DNA of 64,000 nt, taken from the NCBI GenBank assembly GCA_038087875.1, contig CM076001.1, positions 1,798,001 through 1,862,000 on the forward strand, given 5' to 3'. The notes under the pieces were generated by a model. That model made no database searches, was not told the DNA's origin, and worked only from the letters and a program-made list of their open reading frames with translations. The DNA is from Malacoraja senta. Lineage: Eukaryota. Positions 26,451 through 38,789 of the stretch are shown here, piece after piece. Positions within the stretch are counted from its first letter, which is position 1; the number at the start of each line of letters is the position of its first letter. Both the position numbers and the translations under genes were made by a program.

Positions 26451-27130
26451 CCAGTGAATACTCAAAGTAAGAACGAGAATGTAAGATAGTCGAGTTCACT
26501 GAGTTAGTACACGAGCGTCAGCGTGTTTTAGGCGTCATCTTATCCCTTCACTTTCATAGTTTTTAAATAAGTGAGTTTTAACGGCCATAAACCCCATTGT
26601 CGTGGTGGCGGCACTGAGCGATGTCTCTGCCGACCCTGATGCCAGTTAAACGCCTGACATATGGCCGCGCACAGTCGATACTCTTGAATTTCCTACTTGT
26701 TCAAGAGCCTATCTAAATGCTTCAAAACATTGCGAATGTATCTGCTTTGAAGTATGTCAAACCTTGCACCGTAAATTTCCTTTGAACGTTTCCTCAGATT
26801 ACATTTAACACGCGTCCTCTAGAAAACGACATACCACTCTGGGCAAAAGACTAATTGACAATCTGGGACAATATGGTTTGAACAGTTCGCTCCTTAGCCA
26901 CTAACAGTCCAGCTAAAACAATCCACGTTCGTTGCAATATCTTTATAGGTGTACAGGGCCCTGGTGAGACCACACCTAAAGTATAGTGTGCAGTTTTGGT
27001 CTCCAAATTTGAGTAAGAACATTCTTGCTATTGAGGGTGTGCAGGGTAGGTTCCCGGAATGGCGGGACTGTCAGATGTTGAAAGAATGAAGCGACTGGGC
27101 ATGTATACATTGGAATTTAAAAGGATGAGA

Positions 27131-27594
27131 TACACCAATACCAACGCTCAAAATGTGGATTGCAAGTATGTTGGATACCGCACATCTTGAGGAAATGCGA
27201 TTCCTCCTAATAGATAAATTTGACCAATTCATAACGAGTTGGTCCCCATTTGTCGTCTTTTTGGTGTAAAAGCTAATCCGTGACTGCGGATGGTCAAGAT
27301 TATAAATGATCTCCTTCTATTTTCTTTTCTTCTCATCTTTTCTTTTATTCTCTCTCTTCTATTTTCTATGTCTCAACTTTCTTATTTCATTCTTTATTTT
27401 TCTTTTTCACACACTATATATCTCACATTTTTCTATTTTTCATTATCTAACTTTTTTCTTTTTCTTCTTTATTTCAAAATTTTTTTTAAATAAGAAGCTG
27501 TACATGAAAGGTATTATGAAAATATGATTGTATACAATTGTACTTACTTCTAATAAAATAAAAAATAAAAAAAATAAAAAAAATAATAATAATG
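27131..27594 (+). mobile_element. 5'-truncated L1 3' end inserted into a CR1
   Basis: ORF2 C-terminus (TPIPTLKMWIASM...WSPF), T-rich UTR and A-rich tail. TSD AAAGGATGAGA at 27120-27130 and 27595-27605. Confidence 0.8.
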
Positions 27595-27959
27595 AAAGGA
27601 TGAGAGGGTATCTTATTGAAACATGTAAGTAGAGCCAGAATTTTGCCATAAATGCTATGTACCTTTTCATGCTTTTTTAATGATTTCACGAAGTTAATGC
27701 CTTTTCCACGATCGAGTGCCTAAATCAGCCTTTTTTGCCGTTTTGCTAAGAGTTCGTGCTATTTTCTCTAATTGTACCGTGATTACAATGACGTTTTCTA
27801 TCTTAATACGTTAATGTTAATGTTATTATTAATGTGTTAACATAGTATAACTTACAAGAAAATTTTCACCAGCGGGGCAAAACCGACAGCTCCACCGTCG
27901 GTTGTTAATTCGTTCCAGCCGCTGTCCGCTGGTTCAGCGTTCTCCAAGATCTATTTAAG

Positions 27960-28250
27960 AAAGAACTGCAGATGCAGAAAAAATCAAAGGTAGACAAAAC
28001 AAGGCTGGAGAAACTCAGCGGGTGAGGCAGCATCTATGGAGAGAAGGAATAGGAGACATTTCGGGTCAAGTCCCTTCTTCAGACTGATGTGGGGAGGCGG
28101 GAAAAAGAAAGGAAGTGGCGGAGGCAGTAGGACAAGGAGAGCTGGGAAGTGTGACGGGGAGGAGGGAAAAGACAAGGGCTATCTAAAATTAGAGGTGTCA
28201 ATGTTGATACCGCTGGGGTGTGGACTACCCAAGCCAAATACCCAAGCTTG
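27960..28250 (-). mobile_element. Penelope-like 3' end with hammerhead-like motif
   Basis: GIY-YIG C-terminal remnant, UTR and CTGAAGAAGGG...CCCGAAATGTC at 28055-28082. Confidence 0.7.
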
Positions 28251-28989
28251 ACTCCTCACTACATTTACTGCTGGCTCCAGTCGTAAATCTGAATTTTCGA
28301 GTAAACGTCGGGTGGAATTGGGAATTATATTTAGATGATTGGTCTGTTGTCACTGGGTGTTCTCTAATACGAGCAAACACGTCTCTCCTACAGGGATCGA
28401 ACATCTCATTGATAGACGCAAAATTTGATTAGTATGGAAATACATTAATTTTGGGTGGATCAAACTAATGGTGACTTCAACTTGTGCATACACAATCATG
28501 CAATTTGAACGTGTCTGAACAAATCAAATCGGTGCTCTCGTTTTTAAACAGACATGGCCGAATTGTAATAGGCACTAGTGAAGATATATGCAGATACATT
28601 TAGAGAAAACGGTTAATGTCAAAAGACGACAACCGGAATCAAATACAAATACACTTCTATATGGAGAAAGCCAGACGCTTTCGAAAATATTAACATGAAC
28701 GCAATATGTAAAATAACAACGTCAGGTGAACTGAGGAAACGACGATTCACAATAATATAGATGATACAAAGTGGGCGGTTTTGCAAACAGTGAAGATGGT
28801 TGTGAAAAATTGCAGTAGGAATTTCAAGAGTCAAGAGGGTTTTATTACCATGTGTCCCTGGTAGAACAATGAAATGCTTACTTGCTGCAGCACAACAGAA
28901 TACGTGAACATAATACAGAACGGGAGTAAAAGTACAGTGTGCCTATAGACAGCAGGGCCGAATGGCCACCTCCTGCACCTAGTTTCTAT

Positions 28990-29445
28990 GCTTCTATGTT
29001 TCTATGTTTCTAGACCATAAACCATATATACACAATACATAAACGGATATACTGCAATAGTACTAATAGACTTTCATTGTTCAGAGCTTATTTGAAGTCG
29101 TGTTTAATAGCCTGATGGCTGTGGGGAAAAAACTGGTCATGAAACTGAATGCTACAGATTTCAGGCTCCTCTACCTTCTTCCCAAAGGCAACGGAGAGAT
29201 GAGTGTGTGACCGGGATTGTATGGCTCTTTGATGATGTTGGCAGCCTTTTTGAGGCAGCGACTGCGATAGACCCCTTCGATGGTGGGGAGGTCAGAGCCG
29301 GTGATGGACTGGCAATGGTCACAACTTTCTGCATTCTTTTCCGCTCCTGGACGTTCAAGTTGCCGAACCAAGCCACGATGGAGCCAATCAGTATGCTCTC
29401 TACTGTGCACATGTAGAAGTTCGAGAGAGTCCACTCTTGACATAC
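28990..29445 (-). mobile_element. Rex1/Babar-type LINE RT C-terminus
   Basis: CTVESILIGSIVAWFGN...RCLKKAANIIKEP.NPGH. Confidence 0.75.
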
Positions 29446-29454
29446 CGACTCTAA

Positions 29455-30275
29455 TCAGTTGGTCAAGATCCTGAGCGATGGTTGATGGAATATAATGCAG
29501 AAAAAAGAGAGGTGTTGCATCTTGGGAACTCCAACTTGGAGAGGACCTACATAGTGAATAATATGGCTCTGGGTAGCGCAGCGGGATCTAGGAATGCGTA
29601 TGCATAGTTTCCTGAAGGTGGAGTGGTAAGTCGATCGGGTAGTCAAAAAAGCATTTGGCACATTGGCCTTCATCAGCCACTTTATTGAGTATAGAAGTTG
29701 GGAGGTCATGTTGCAATTGCCACATTTATAATATTGTCTTCAGTTCAGGGCACTTTGTTATAGGAAATATGTTGTCAAGCTGGAAAGGGTACAGAGAAGA
29801 TTTACGAGAATGGTGCCAGGACTAGAATGTCTGATCGAAGGCAGAGGTTGAATAGGCTTCGATTCTATACCTCGGAGCGCTGGAGGTTGAGAGGTGATCT
29901 TATAGAGCTGCATACGATCACGGGAAGAATAGATCGGGTGGAGGCACAAAGTCTCTTGCACAGAATTGGTGAATCGAGGACCTAAGGACATAAATTTATG
30001 GTGAATGGGGTAAAGATTTAATAGGAAACAGACAGGTAACGTTTTCACCTGAAAGGTGGTGGTTGTATTGAACAAGCTGTCAGAGAAGTTAGTTGAGGCA
30101 GGGACCATCCCAACGTTTAAGAAACATTTAGGAAGGGGGTACATGGATTGGATAGGTTTGGAGGTATATCGAACTAATGCTGGCAGTTGGGACATATGTA
30201 GCTGGGACATGTTGCCCGGTTTTGGCAAGTTGGGCCGAATAGTCTGTTTCCACACTGCATCACTCTATGGGTAAT
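29455..30275 (+). mobile_element. Old CR1-clade LINE fragment
   Basis: Degenerate RT C-terminus (LERVQRRFTRM, RLRGDL) and UTR. Confidence 0.75.
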
Positions 30276-30599
30276 GGTGCGACCACATGGTCTTCTATTG
30301 TGAAGGTATTTGAAGCAAATCATCCCTGGAACTTATGTAATTGAAGTAATTTAAATGATAATCAATTATTTTGGAAGGCAAGTCGTACAACTTTGGCCAA
30401 TACTATCCAGTAGGATGGAGAATGTCACAACTGATTTAACGATATGACCCGTTAGCATAGGGTTCGACTGGTTTTCTCCAGATAGCTTTGCATCTGTGAC
30501 ACCATATCCTACATAATAAATGAAACTTTATTTTGTTTAATATTGCGCCCTCACATTGTATTCTCCGTACCTTGATAAATTATCCTTTCCTTATTAAAT

Positions 30600-31340
30600 G
30601 TTATAACCATATAACCATATAACCATTACAGCACGGAAACAGGCCATCTCGGCCCTTGAAGTCCGTGCCGAACATTTTTTTAAATTTTTTTTTTATAATT
30701 AAAAATAAATACTTCCCCCTAGTCCCATCTACCTGCACTCAGACTATAACCCTCCATTCCTTTCACGTCCATATACGCATCCAATCCATTTTTAAAGGAT
30801 ACAATCGAACCTGCCTCCACCACTTCCACTGGAAGCTCATTCCACACAGCTACCACTCTCTGAATAAAGAAGTTCCCCCTAATGTTACCCCTAAACTTCT
30901 GTCCCTTAATTCTCAAGTCATGTCCCCTTGTTTGAATCTTCCCTAGTCTCAATGGGAAAAGCTTATCCACGTCAACTCTGTCTAACCCGCTCATCATTTT
31001 AAAGACCTCTATCATGTCCCCCTTAACCTTCTGCTCTCCAAAGAATAAAGACCTAACTTGTTCAACCTTTCTCTGTAACTTAGTTGCTGAAACCCAGGCA
31101 ACATTCTAGTAAATCTCCTCTGTACTCTCTCTATAGGAAGTACATCCGCTGTTGTGCCTTTTTGACGGTGGAGTCGATGGTAGCCCCCCACTTAAGGTCC
31201 TTGGAGTTGATGGTTCCCAGGAACTTAGAAGACTCCACAGATGTGACTGTGGTGTTGTTAATGGTGAGTGGGGTGAGTGGAGGGGGAGCTCTCCTAAAGT
31301 CTACAACCAATTCCACTCTCTTAAGAGCATTGAGCTCTAG
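30600..31340 (-). mobile_element. CR1 3' end (30600-31130) fused to a Rex1/Babar fragment (31134-31340)
   Basis: MIEVFKMMSGLDRV... and DLELNALKRVELVVDFRRAPP. (GGTTATAT)n tail. Confidence 0.75.
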
Positions 31341-31868
31341 GTCGTTATGATTTACACCAGGACGCCAGCTGTCCTGTTCACATAACCGTTCACCGCCAAT
31401 GTTCACATAACCATTTTCTGAAGCACACCACTGGTCAAACACATTCAATCTTAAAAATAACAAACCGCTAACACTCTTTGACTCCAACCACCAGCCGATT
31501 TTGTGTTCAACAGAGCTGCCACTAGAGATGCCATCGGAGATAACATTCCCTACCCGTCTCCCACACGGCGCCGTGTCAATGGCCTTGCCGTCTTGCAATT
31601 TGACCTAGATTTCACGTGGAACGGCCTGCAAAATGCGAGAGCTTCATCGGCATTTTACATTCAGGAAACAACACCCGGCAGACGCTTTAATCCAACAGTT
31701 GCAAGCAAGTATCATAGTTAACTCTCTTACCATCAATGATTGAGAATATGTATGCAAGCGAACAACGGCAACATGGAGGAGATGTTTAGAAAAAACTAAC
31801 TGGCTGGATGCTTAACCGTTTCCAAGAAGCATTACAAAGCTGTTACTATTTGGGTAAATTCCCTTGGT

Positions 31869-32119
31869 NNNNNNNNNNNNNNNNNNNNNNNNNNNNNNNN
31901 NNNNNNNNNNNNNNNNNNNNNNNNNNNNNNNNNNNNNNNNNNNNNNNNNNNNNNNNNNNNNNNNNNNNNNNNNNNNNNNNNNNNNNNNNNNNNNNNNNNN
32001 NNNNNNNNNNNNNNNNNNNNNNNNNNNNNNNNNNNNNNNNNNNNNNNNNNNNNNNNNNNNNNNNNNNNNNNNNNNNNNNNNNNNNNNNNNNNNNNNNNNN
32101 NNNNNNNNNNNNNNNNNNN
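31869..32119. other. Assembly gap (251 N)
   Basis: Run of N. Confidence 1.
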
Positions 32120-32665
32120 AGACAATAGACAATAGGTGCAGTAGGCCATTCGGCCCTTCGAGCCAGCACCGCCATTTAATGTGATCATGGCTGATCATCC
32201 CCAATCAATACCCCGTTCCTGCCTCCGCTATTTTTAAGAGCCCTATCTAGCTCTCTCTTGAAAGCATCCAGAGAACCTGCCTCCACCTGAGGCAGAGAAT
32301 TCCACAGACTCACCACTCTCTGTGAGAAAAAGTGTTTCCCCGTCTCCGTTCTAAATGGCTTACTCCTTATTATTAAACTGTGGACCCTGATTCTGGACTC
32401 GCCCAACATCGGGAATATGTTTCCTGCCCCTAGCGTGTCCAAACCATTAACAATCTTATATGTTTCAATGAGATCCCCTCCCATCCTTCTAAACTCCAGG
32501 GTGTACAAGCCCAGCTGCTCCATTCTCTCAGCATATGACAGTCCCGCCCTTCCGGGAATTAACCTTGTAAACCTACGCTGCACTCCCTCAATAGCAAGAA
32601 TGTCCTTCCTCAAATTAGGGGACCAAAACTGGACACAATAATCCAGGTGTGGTCTCACTAGGGCT
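32120..32665 (-). mobile_element. CR1 3' fragment
   Basis: RALVRPHLDYCVQFWSP... and UTR. Confidence 0.88.
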
Positions 32666-33292
32666 CTGTGCAACTGGTGGCGGTGGGGTGCAGATTGCTG
32701 TCAGACAATCTTGTGAGACAGCCTGGTCAGTTGTAATCAGTTCAGACAGGCTAGTCCTTTGCACACTGTGTCAACAAACCTTGGCTGTAATGCAATTTAT
32801 TGTATATATCGACCTCCGTGTAATCATCCCTAATCTTGGATGTGTCAATTTCCACGCAAAACATTCCACTGGTATTAACTGATGTTCCGAAGATGAACGG
32901 CGGGCAGGAAATTTACCAGGGAAGGATTTTTTGCCAAGGTAAGTTATAACGTCGAGGCGAGCTGCGAGACGATTCTTCAACATTTCCCCTTAAACTGTGC
33001 GCATTAGCATCCGGGAAACATTCTGTCTGCGCACAAATGCAGAATTCCTCCCCACTTCCTTCTATGTGAGCTAATTATAATCTGTGACTTGTACCTTCAT
33101 GTTTTACAGAAGACAAGACAGTAAAACACGCTTAGCTGGAGCAGCAAAAGTAAACTATGTGCCGGACTGAAATATTTCAATAATCTCCAAGACACCGCAT
33201 CTGCTCCAAGGAGCAGCCGACTGGAGCTGTGCCGCATTCGTGATCCCCGCGACACAAAAATCATCTCCCCAACCAACTCCGGTGACAGAGCG

Positions 33293-33752
33293 ATGGGGAT
33301 CCTTTTGGTTTATACCCTGTGCCTCTGCTTATGCCGTGAGTACGGCTCACACACTTCCACACTGTCCGGTTAAGCGTAAATTTGTCCGAGGCTATTTTTG
33401 AAATGAAATTGAATCCCCATCCGAGTTCAGTTGTTCGCATCGGAGGCCCATTCATCTCTCCTAGTGTATAATTTTCAGGCTTCTTCAGGCGTTCGGTGAC
33501 GCAAAATCCGACTGAGGTGACCGGGAAGAGTGTCAGTCCCCTAGGAGCTCCTGCCGCTTTCGGATTTGTTCGCTAAGTTCATACCGTTTCAACTCTGGAC
33601 CGGTGTTCCAACAGACCCAGCCCGTGGAAGAGATGCAACGGGTCATCGTAAGGGGGCCATGTGTCGTGTCGACCAATAAAGTAGACATGGCCTTCACGCT
33701 GGAAATTCGGGACATGAGAGTTGATGACAGCGCCAGCTATCAATGACAAGCA
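33293..33752 (+). pseudogene. NAR-type (VNAR/NAR-TCR) V gene segment pseudogene
   Basis: Leader MGILLVYTLCLCLC (33293-33335)|GTGAGT, acceptor TTTTCAG| at 33478. V exon reads SVTQNPTEVTGK..QS...SC(33552)...FTLEIRDMRVDDSASYQ*. The W-position to second-Cys spacing is 47 codons, as in IgNAR V. There is a frameshift near 33530, TGA at the second Cys (33744) and no recognisable RSS. Confidence 0.82.
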
Positions 33753-34088
33753 GCAGACAGCTCGACCGCATAGGGTTTGGATACGCAGATTGGAACGGAA
33801 GGGCGCATATAACTTGCTGGATTTAAACGCTATATTATCGGAATCCGCCATCAGAATTAAATGACAGTTTTTATTAGTAACCTTGCAAGCAAGTTCAATT
33901 TCATTATAATTTTCTCGTTCTAAGTTATTTAACTGTTAAGTTTGGTTCCGACGTTCGGCATCGACGTTAGCCGTGTCTACCCATTTTTCTGAGAAACAAA
34001 ATGAGCCATTAGTTGTTTAACAATTCTGAACCACTGGAATAAATGGGTAACGTTTCCTGTTGCTTTCCGGGCAAAATGGGGTGAGGGT

Positions 34089-34127
34089 TTTTCTTGTACC
34101 GGGAAGACTGAGAGCTGGATCACTGTG
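34089..34127 (+). promoter_or_regulatory. RSS 5' of the J segment (23-nt spacer)
   Basis: Perfect CACTGTG at 34121-34127. TTTTCTTGT (6/9 match to GGTTTTTGT) ends exactly 23 nt upstream. Confidence 0.65.
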
Positions 34128-34185
34128 TTTGACTGCCATGCTTGCCATAATAATGGAGCAGGGACAAGCATGACTGTCACGGCCG
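34128..34185 (+). pseudogene. NAR-type J segment with a broken splice donor
   Basis: FDCHACHNNGAGTSMTVTA (GxGTxxTV motif) directly after the heptamer. The phase-1 end G|GAAAG has GA in place of GT. Confidence 0.75.
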
Positions 34186-34999
34186 GAAAGGATCCTAAAA
34201 GCCCTCTTTATATCCTTTGCCCAGGAATAATCAGTGTAGTCGAAAATTGCGATCGTGAGACATGAATGTCCATCTAAGTGAAGCAACCCCAATTTCTAAA
34301 TTCATCTTGCAAAATCGCCCAGGTGGAATGTTGGCTGAGGCCGACAAGTCTGGTGTGAGACCCGAGAGCGCAAACAGGTGCACTTCTAAAGCAGAAGGAT
34401 TGTGGATTTTGATGGACAATAAATGACAGACTTTCAGCCATGCACCCACCCAGCAAAAGGAAACATCGAAAAAACGGAGCACCAGAGCGTTGGGGTGGAG
34501 ACTGATGTGCGTGTTAATTAACCGAAAATGATGGGCTTACACGAGTTTCCCAGCTGGGGTTGTTTGTGGCACGGGGAAGCGATACCGACACAGAACGTTC
34601 TCAAATCCAAGAGATTGCTGATGTGAGGGGTGTCCAATGGGGAACGATTTTAGGATGGGTCCACGTGCTCTATGAGTTTGGGAATACTGGATGCAATCTC
34701 TTTATTTTTTACAATCCACAGAGCTAAGTTGATAGGGGAGACGCTGAGGTGTGATTAAGTCTGAAATCTCAGCGATAACAGCGCAGCCTCAAAGCAACTG
34801 ACAAGTGAGTGCGGGAATGATTTTAAGGAGGAGAACATGTGAACCGCAGGCAGCGAGATGCGAGGGGTCGTCATCTGAATGAAAAACATTTACTCATTGA
34901 AATGAAATTGAAACGGACAAGGACACGCTCCGTCGAATGAAGAAGATTCTGTGGGGCGTGGGGTGTGGGTTGGGGGTTGGTGGGAGGGTAGATAATAGG

Positions 35000-35815
35000 C
35001 AATGGACAACAGGTGCACGAGTAGGCCATTCGGCCCTTCGAGCCAGCACCCCCATTCAATGTGACCACGACTGATCAAGCCCAATCAGTACCCCGTTCCT
35101 GCCTTTTCCCCATATCCCCTTCTCCCCATATCTTTACGAGCTCTATCCAGCTCTGTATCCAGATAACTGGCCTCCACCGCCCTGTGAGGCAGAGAATTCC
35201 ACAGACTCCCTGGGTGAAAAAGTGTTTCCTCCGTTCTAAATTGTTCACCCTCTAAATGGCCAACCCCTTATTCTTAAACAGTGACCCCCTGGTTCTGGAC
35301 TACCCCAACATCGGGAACATGTTTCCTGCATCCAGCGTGTCCAAACCCTTAATAATCTTGTATGTTTCAATAAGATTCCCTATCATCCTTCTAAACTCCA
35401 GAGTGTACAAGCCCAGCTGCTCCATTGTCTCAGCAGATGACAGTCCCGCCATCCCGGGAATTAACATTGTAAACCTACGCTGCACTCCCGCAATAGCAAT
35501 AATGTCCTTCCTCAAATTAGGGGACCAAAACTGCACACAATACTCCAAGTGTGGTCTCACTGGGGCCCTATACAATTGCAGAATGTCCTCTTTGCTCCTA
35601 TACTCAACTTCTCTTGTTATGAAGGCCAACATGCCATTCGCCTTCTTCACTGCCTGCTGTACCTGAATGCTTATTGTCATTGACTGATGAACAAGGAACC
35701 CCAGATCCCGGTGTACTTCCCCTTTTCCCAATTTGACACCATTTAGATAATAATCTGTCTTCTTGTTTTTGCTATCAAAGTGAATAACCTCACATTTATT
35801 CACATCAATGGATGA
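35000..35815 (-). mobile_element. CR1 3' fragment
   Basis: VNKCEVIHF...LYRAPVRPHLEYCVQFWSP and UTR. Confidence 0.88.
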
Positions 35816-36466
35816 AGGCCGTTGATATATTTTCAAGTCACGGTTGCGTTTAACAGCGGGGTTGGTGTTTCCGTGCGCCCACCCCCTCGGTCCTTCCTAG
35901 ATGCGTCCCTTGAACATCTGATACATCTGAACGCTCTCTGAGGCTGTGACGCTATATTCTGCTATTCTGCATGGACTTTTGTAATCATGAACGGATGGTG
36001 CAACTAGATAGCACGCAAAACAATGTTTTCACAGCAACTCGGCACGTGACAACAGTGAGCCAACACGTAGCAATTTCTGCCTATATCAAATTTCAGACGT
36101 GAAACATACTTATTGAATAATTTGAAGAAGGAAGTAACAACCGAACGGATTGGATTCCATCTACTGTGTCTGATAGGAACAACCCACTCGGACGATAAAC
36201 TGGAAATGTCGTCAATCTCGGATGACTTTAGGCTCAACTCTTCCTGTTCAAAATTGACAACACCCTGCAAACATGATCGCCGTTTCCCCATTACTCCCAA
36301 CCTTGGCTCTCATGTGTACTGAGTTCATCGGTTGTTTAGATCTATGATTTGAATGTTTAATGTTCGGAATAACTTCGTATTTCAAAGAACAACACACTGT
36401 AAATGGTTTTCCCGGTGAGTAGCCGGGGTGACATTGTTGGATTTAATCTATGTCCCTGTACCACCA

Positions 36467-37358
36467 GGATGACACAACCCTGATTGGACTGATCCAGGAT
36501 GGGGAGGAATCTGCCTACAGACAAGAAATGACGCAGTTGGCGTCCTGCTGCTATCGCAACAACCTGGAGCTCAATGCTCTTAAGACAGTGGAATTGATTG
36601 TAGACTTTAGGAGAGCTCCCCCTCCCCTCACCCCACTCACCATCAACAAACCACCGTCACATCTGTGGAGTATTTTAAGTTCCTGGGGTGAATAATCTCC
36701 AAGGACCTTAAATTGGGGGGGGGGGCACCATCGACTCCACAGTCAAAAGGGCACAACAGAGGATGTACTTACTGCGGCAGCTGAGGAAGCACAACCTGCC
36801 ACTGCTAATTCAATACGGCCATCGTAGAGTCTGTCCTCACTTTCTCCATCGTGGTCTGGTTTGGCTCAGCCACGAAGCACGACATCCGGAGGCTGCAACG
36901 AATCGTCCGATCAGCTGAGAGGGTTATTGGCTGCAAACGTCCCTCCATTGACGAACTGTACACTACAAGGGCCGGTAAGCGAGCGGGTAAGATCCTTTCT
37001 GACCCCTCTCACCCTGGCCACCATCTCTTTATCTCACTTCCCTCTCGAAGGCGATTCCGGACTGTCAAAGCTGCCACAGCCAGACATAAAAACATTTTTT
37101 TTTCCACGAGTAATAGCGCTACTCAAAAGCCAGAATTCTGTAGCCTCCTTTTGCTCTGGTATTTTATTTAATTCACACGTTTAATTGATATTGTTTTACT
37201 ATTAGTTTTTAATGTTTTATGTGCCATTCCTAACTGTCACTGTATGTTTCATGTTGACACTTGCGGGCGGAGCACCAAGTCAAATTCCTTGTATGTGAAT
37301 GCTTGGCCAATAAACGTATTCATTCATTCATTCGTTCATTGATTCATTCATTCATTCA
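36467..37358 (+). mobile_element. Rex1/Babar-type LINE 3' fragment
   Basis: DDTTLIGLI...WFGSATKHDIRRLQRIVRSAE...DPSHPGH, with a (CATT)n tail abutting a V exon. Confidence 0.85.
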
Positions 37359-37368
37359 CATGGTAGAG

Positions 37369-37657
37369 GAGACTCTGTGCATCAGAACGCTTCTGCGGTC
37401 AGTGCAAATGAAAGGGCCCATGGCCAGATCCATTGCAATTACACAAGTATCAGCACCCAGCCAAATCTATTCTGGTACCGACAGATTTCGCGTGTCTCCA
37501 TAGAGTTTCTTCTGCACATACACAAGTATAGCGAGGTGGCGAAACATCCAGGGAACCGGTTTTCGGCACCGCTTGATCTTTCGGAGTCAACCGCCTTGCT
37601 GGCATTGACCGGAACGCAGGTAGAATACTCCGTGGTGCATTACTGCGGGTTGAGACC
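37369..37657 (+). pseudogene. TCR alpha/delta-type V exon without a recognisable leader (candidate NAR-TCR supporting V)
   Basis: DSVHQNASAV...IHCNY...LFWYRQ...NRFSA...EYSVVHYCGLR is an open frame. A candidate phase-1 acceptor AG lies at 37367-37368. The DxxxYYC motif is degenerate. Confidence 0.85.
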
Positions 37658-37696
37658 AACGGAGGCACGTGGTTTGGCTGTCCCTGCACAAAAACA
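37658..37696 (+). promoter_or_regulatory. Degenerate 23-RSS
   Basis: AACGGAG (essential CAC lost), 23-nt spacer, ACAAAAACA. Confidence 0.7.
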
Positions 37697-38789
37697 ACCG
37701 GCGGGGGGCACTGCTGAGCAACCTATGGAGTAGGACGTGAGGATAGAGTCTCCCGCAGATTTCGATTAAAACTGTTATTCATCGGCTCTTTTTTGTTAAT
37801 GATTTTGAGGAAAGATATTCCAGTGGATTTTGTGCTGGCTACTTGATGTTTAAGTCGACTTATTATGGCTACTAAAAGCACCAGAGCTCGTGGTGCGGCT
37901 CAACAACAGAGGCCTGGTTCGCAGGAGGAGACCACGTCTACAGGTAACTCGACCCCGCCCCATCGGTCAAACTCGCCGAAGGCAGGACCGCAAGTTGTCG
38001 ACGCGGACGTCTTGAAGCTAGAATTACTAACATCTTTGAGACGGGATATTGCAGATATTTTTAAAACCGAACTACGAGCAGCATTGGGTGATGATTTGTC
38101 CACAATCAGAGTTGCCCTTCAAAGCGTGAAAACACAACTCGCGAACGATAAGTTTGTTACGCACACTGAGTTGGCCATACTCCAAGGTAATGTGGGGATA
38201 ATGGAGGAGTCGCTTTCTGCCTGTACGGACGCGGTTGCTGAGCTGAAGATTCAGATCAAGCGTCTAACTGATGAGTTTTTTTTAACTTGGACATAAAAAT
38301 GTGAGGACCTAGAATCCAGCTCGCCGCAACAACATAAGAATAGTGGGGGTTCCTGAGGAGACAGTCGTCAATTTCATTGCTATCGCCACCCTGCTTAAGG
38401 ACGCGTTCAAGTTGGACAAAGAGCCGCTGCTGGAACGGACGCACAGATCCACACAGCCGAAACCACGACCCGGTGAGCGACCTCGACCCATCATTTCCAG
38501 GTTCCATTACTACAACGACTGTGTAAATATTTTACGCCATGCGGGATAGGTTCGACAGATCGATACAGGACATATGAAGATCTCATTTTTCCCCGACCAC
38601 ACTGCTAAAGTGGCCCCGGCCGAGGCAGCCTTCAACGAGGTCAGAAGACAGCTGCGTGGCGTGAAGGGGGTGCGCTCCCGTCTTTTCTACCCGGCCTAAC
38701 TCCGGATCAGCTACCAAGGTGTGGAGAAAGACTTTGACTCAGCGGAGGATGCCAACGCTCACGTCAACAAGATAAATATTAACATAGAA

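Noticed and set aside
27290-27689. Hydrophobic small ORFs
   Set aside because: Low-complexity L1 3' UTR.
28430-28490. J-like stretch (NTLI.G.GS.KLMV)
   Set aside because: Needs indels to give FGxG, and has no RSS and no donor.
33755-34088. Expected V RSS and D segment of the NAR-like cassette
   Set aside because: No heptamer/nonamer pair with a 12- or 23-nt spacer could be supported.
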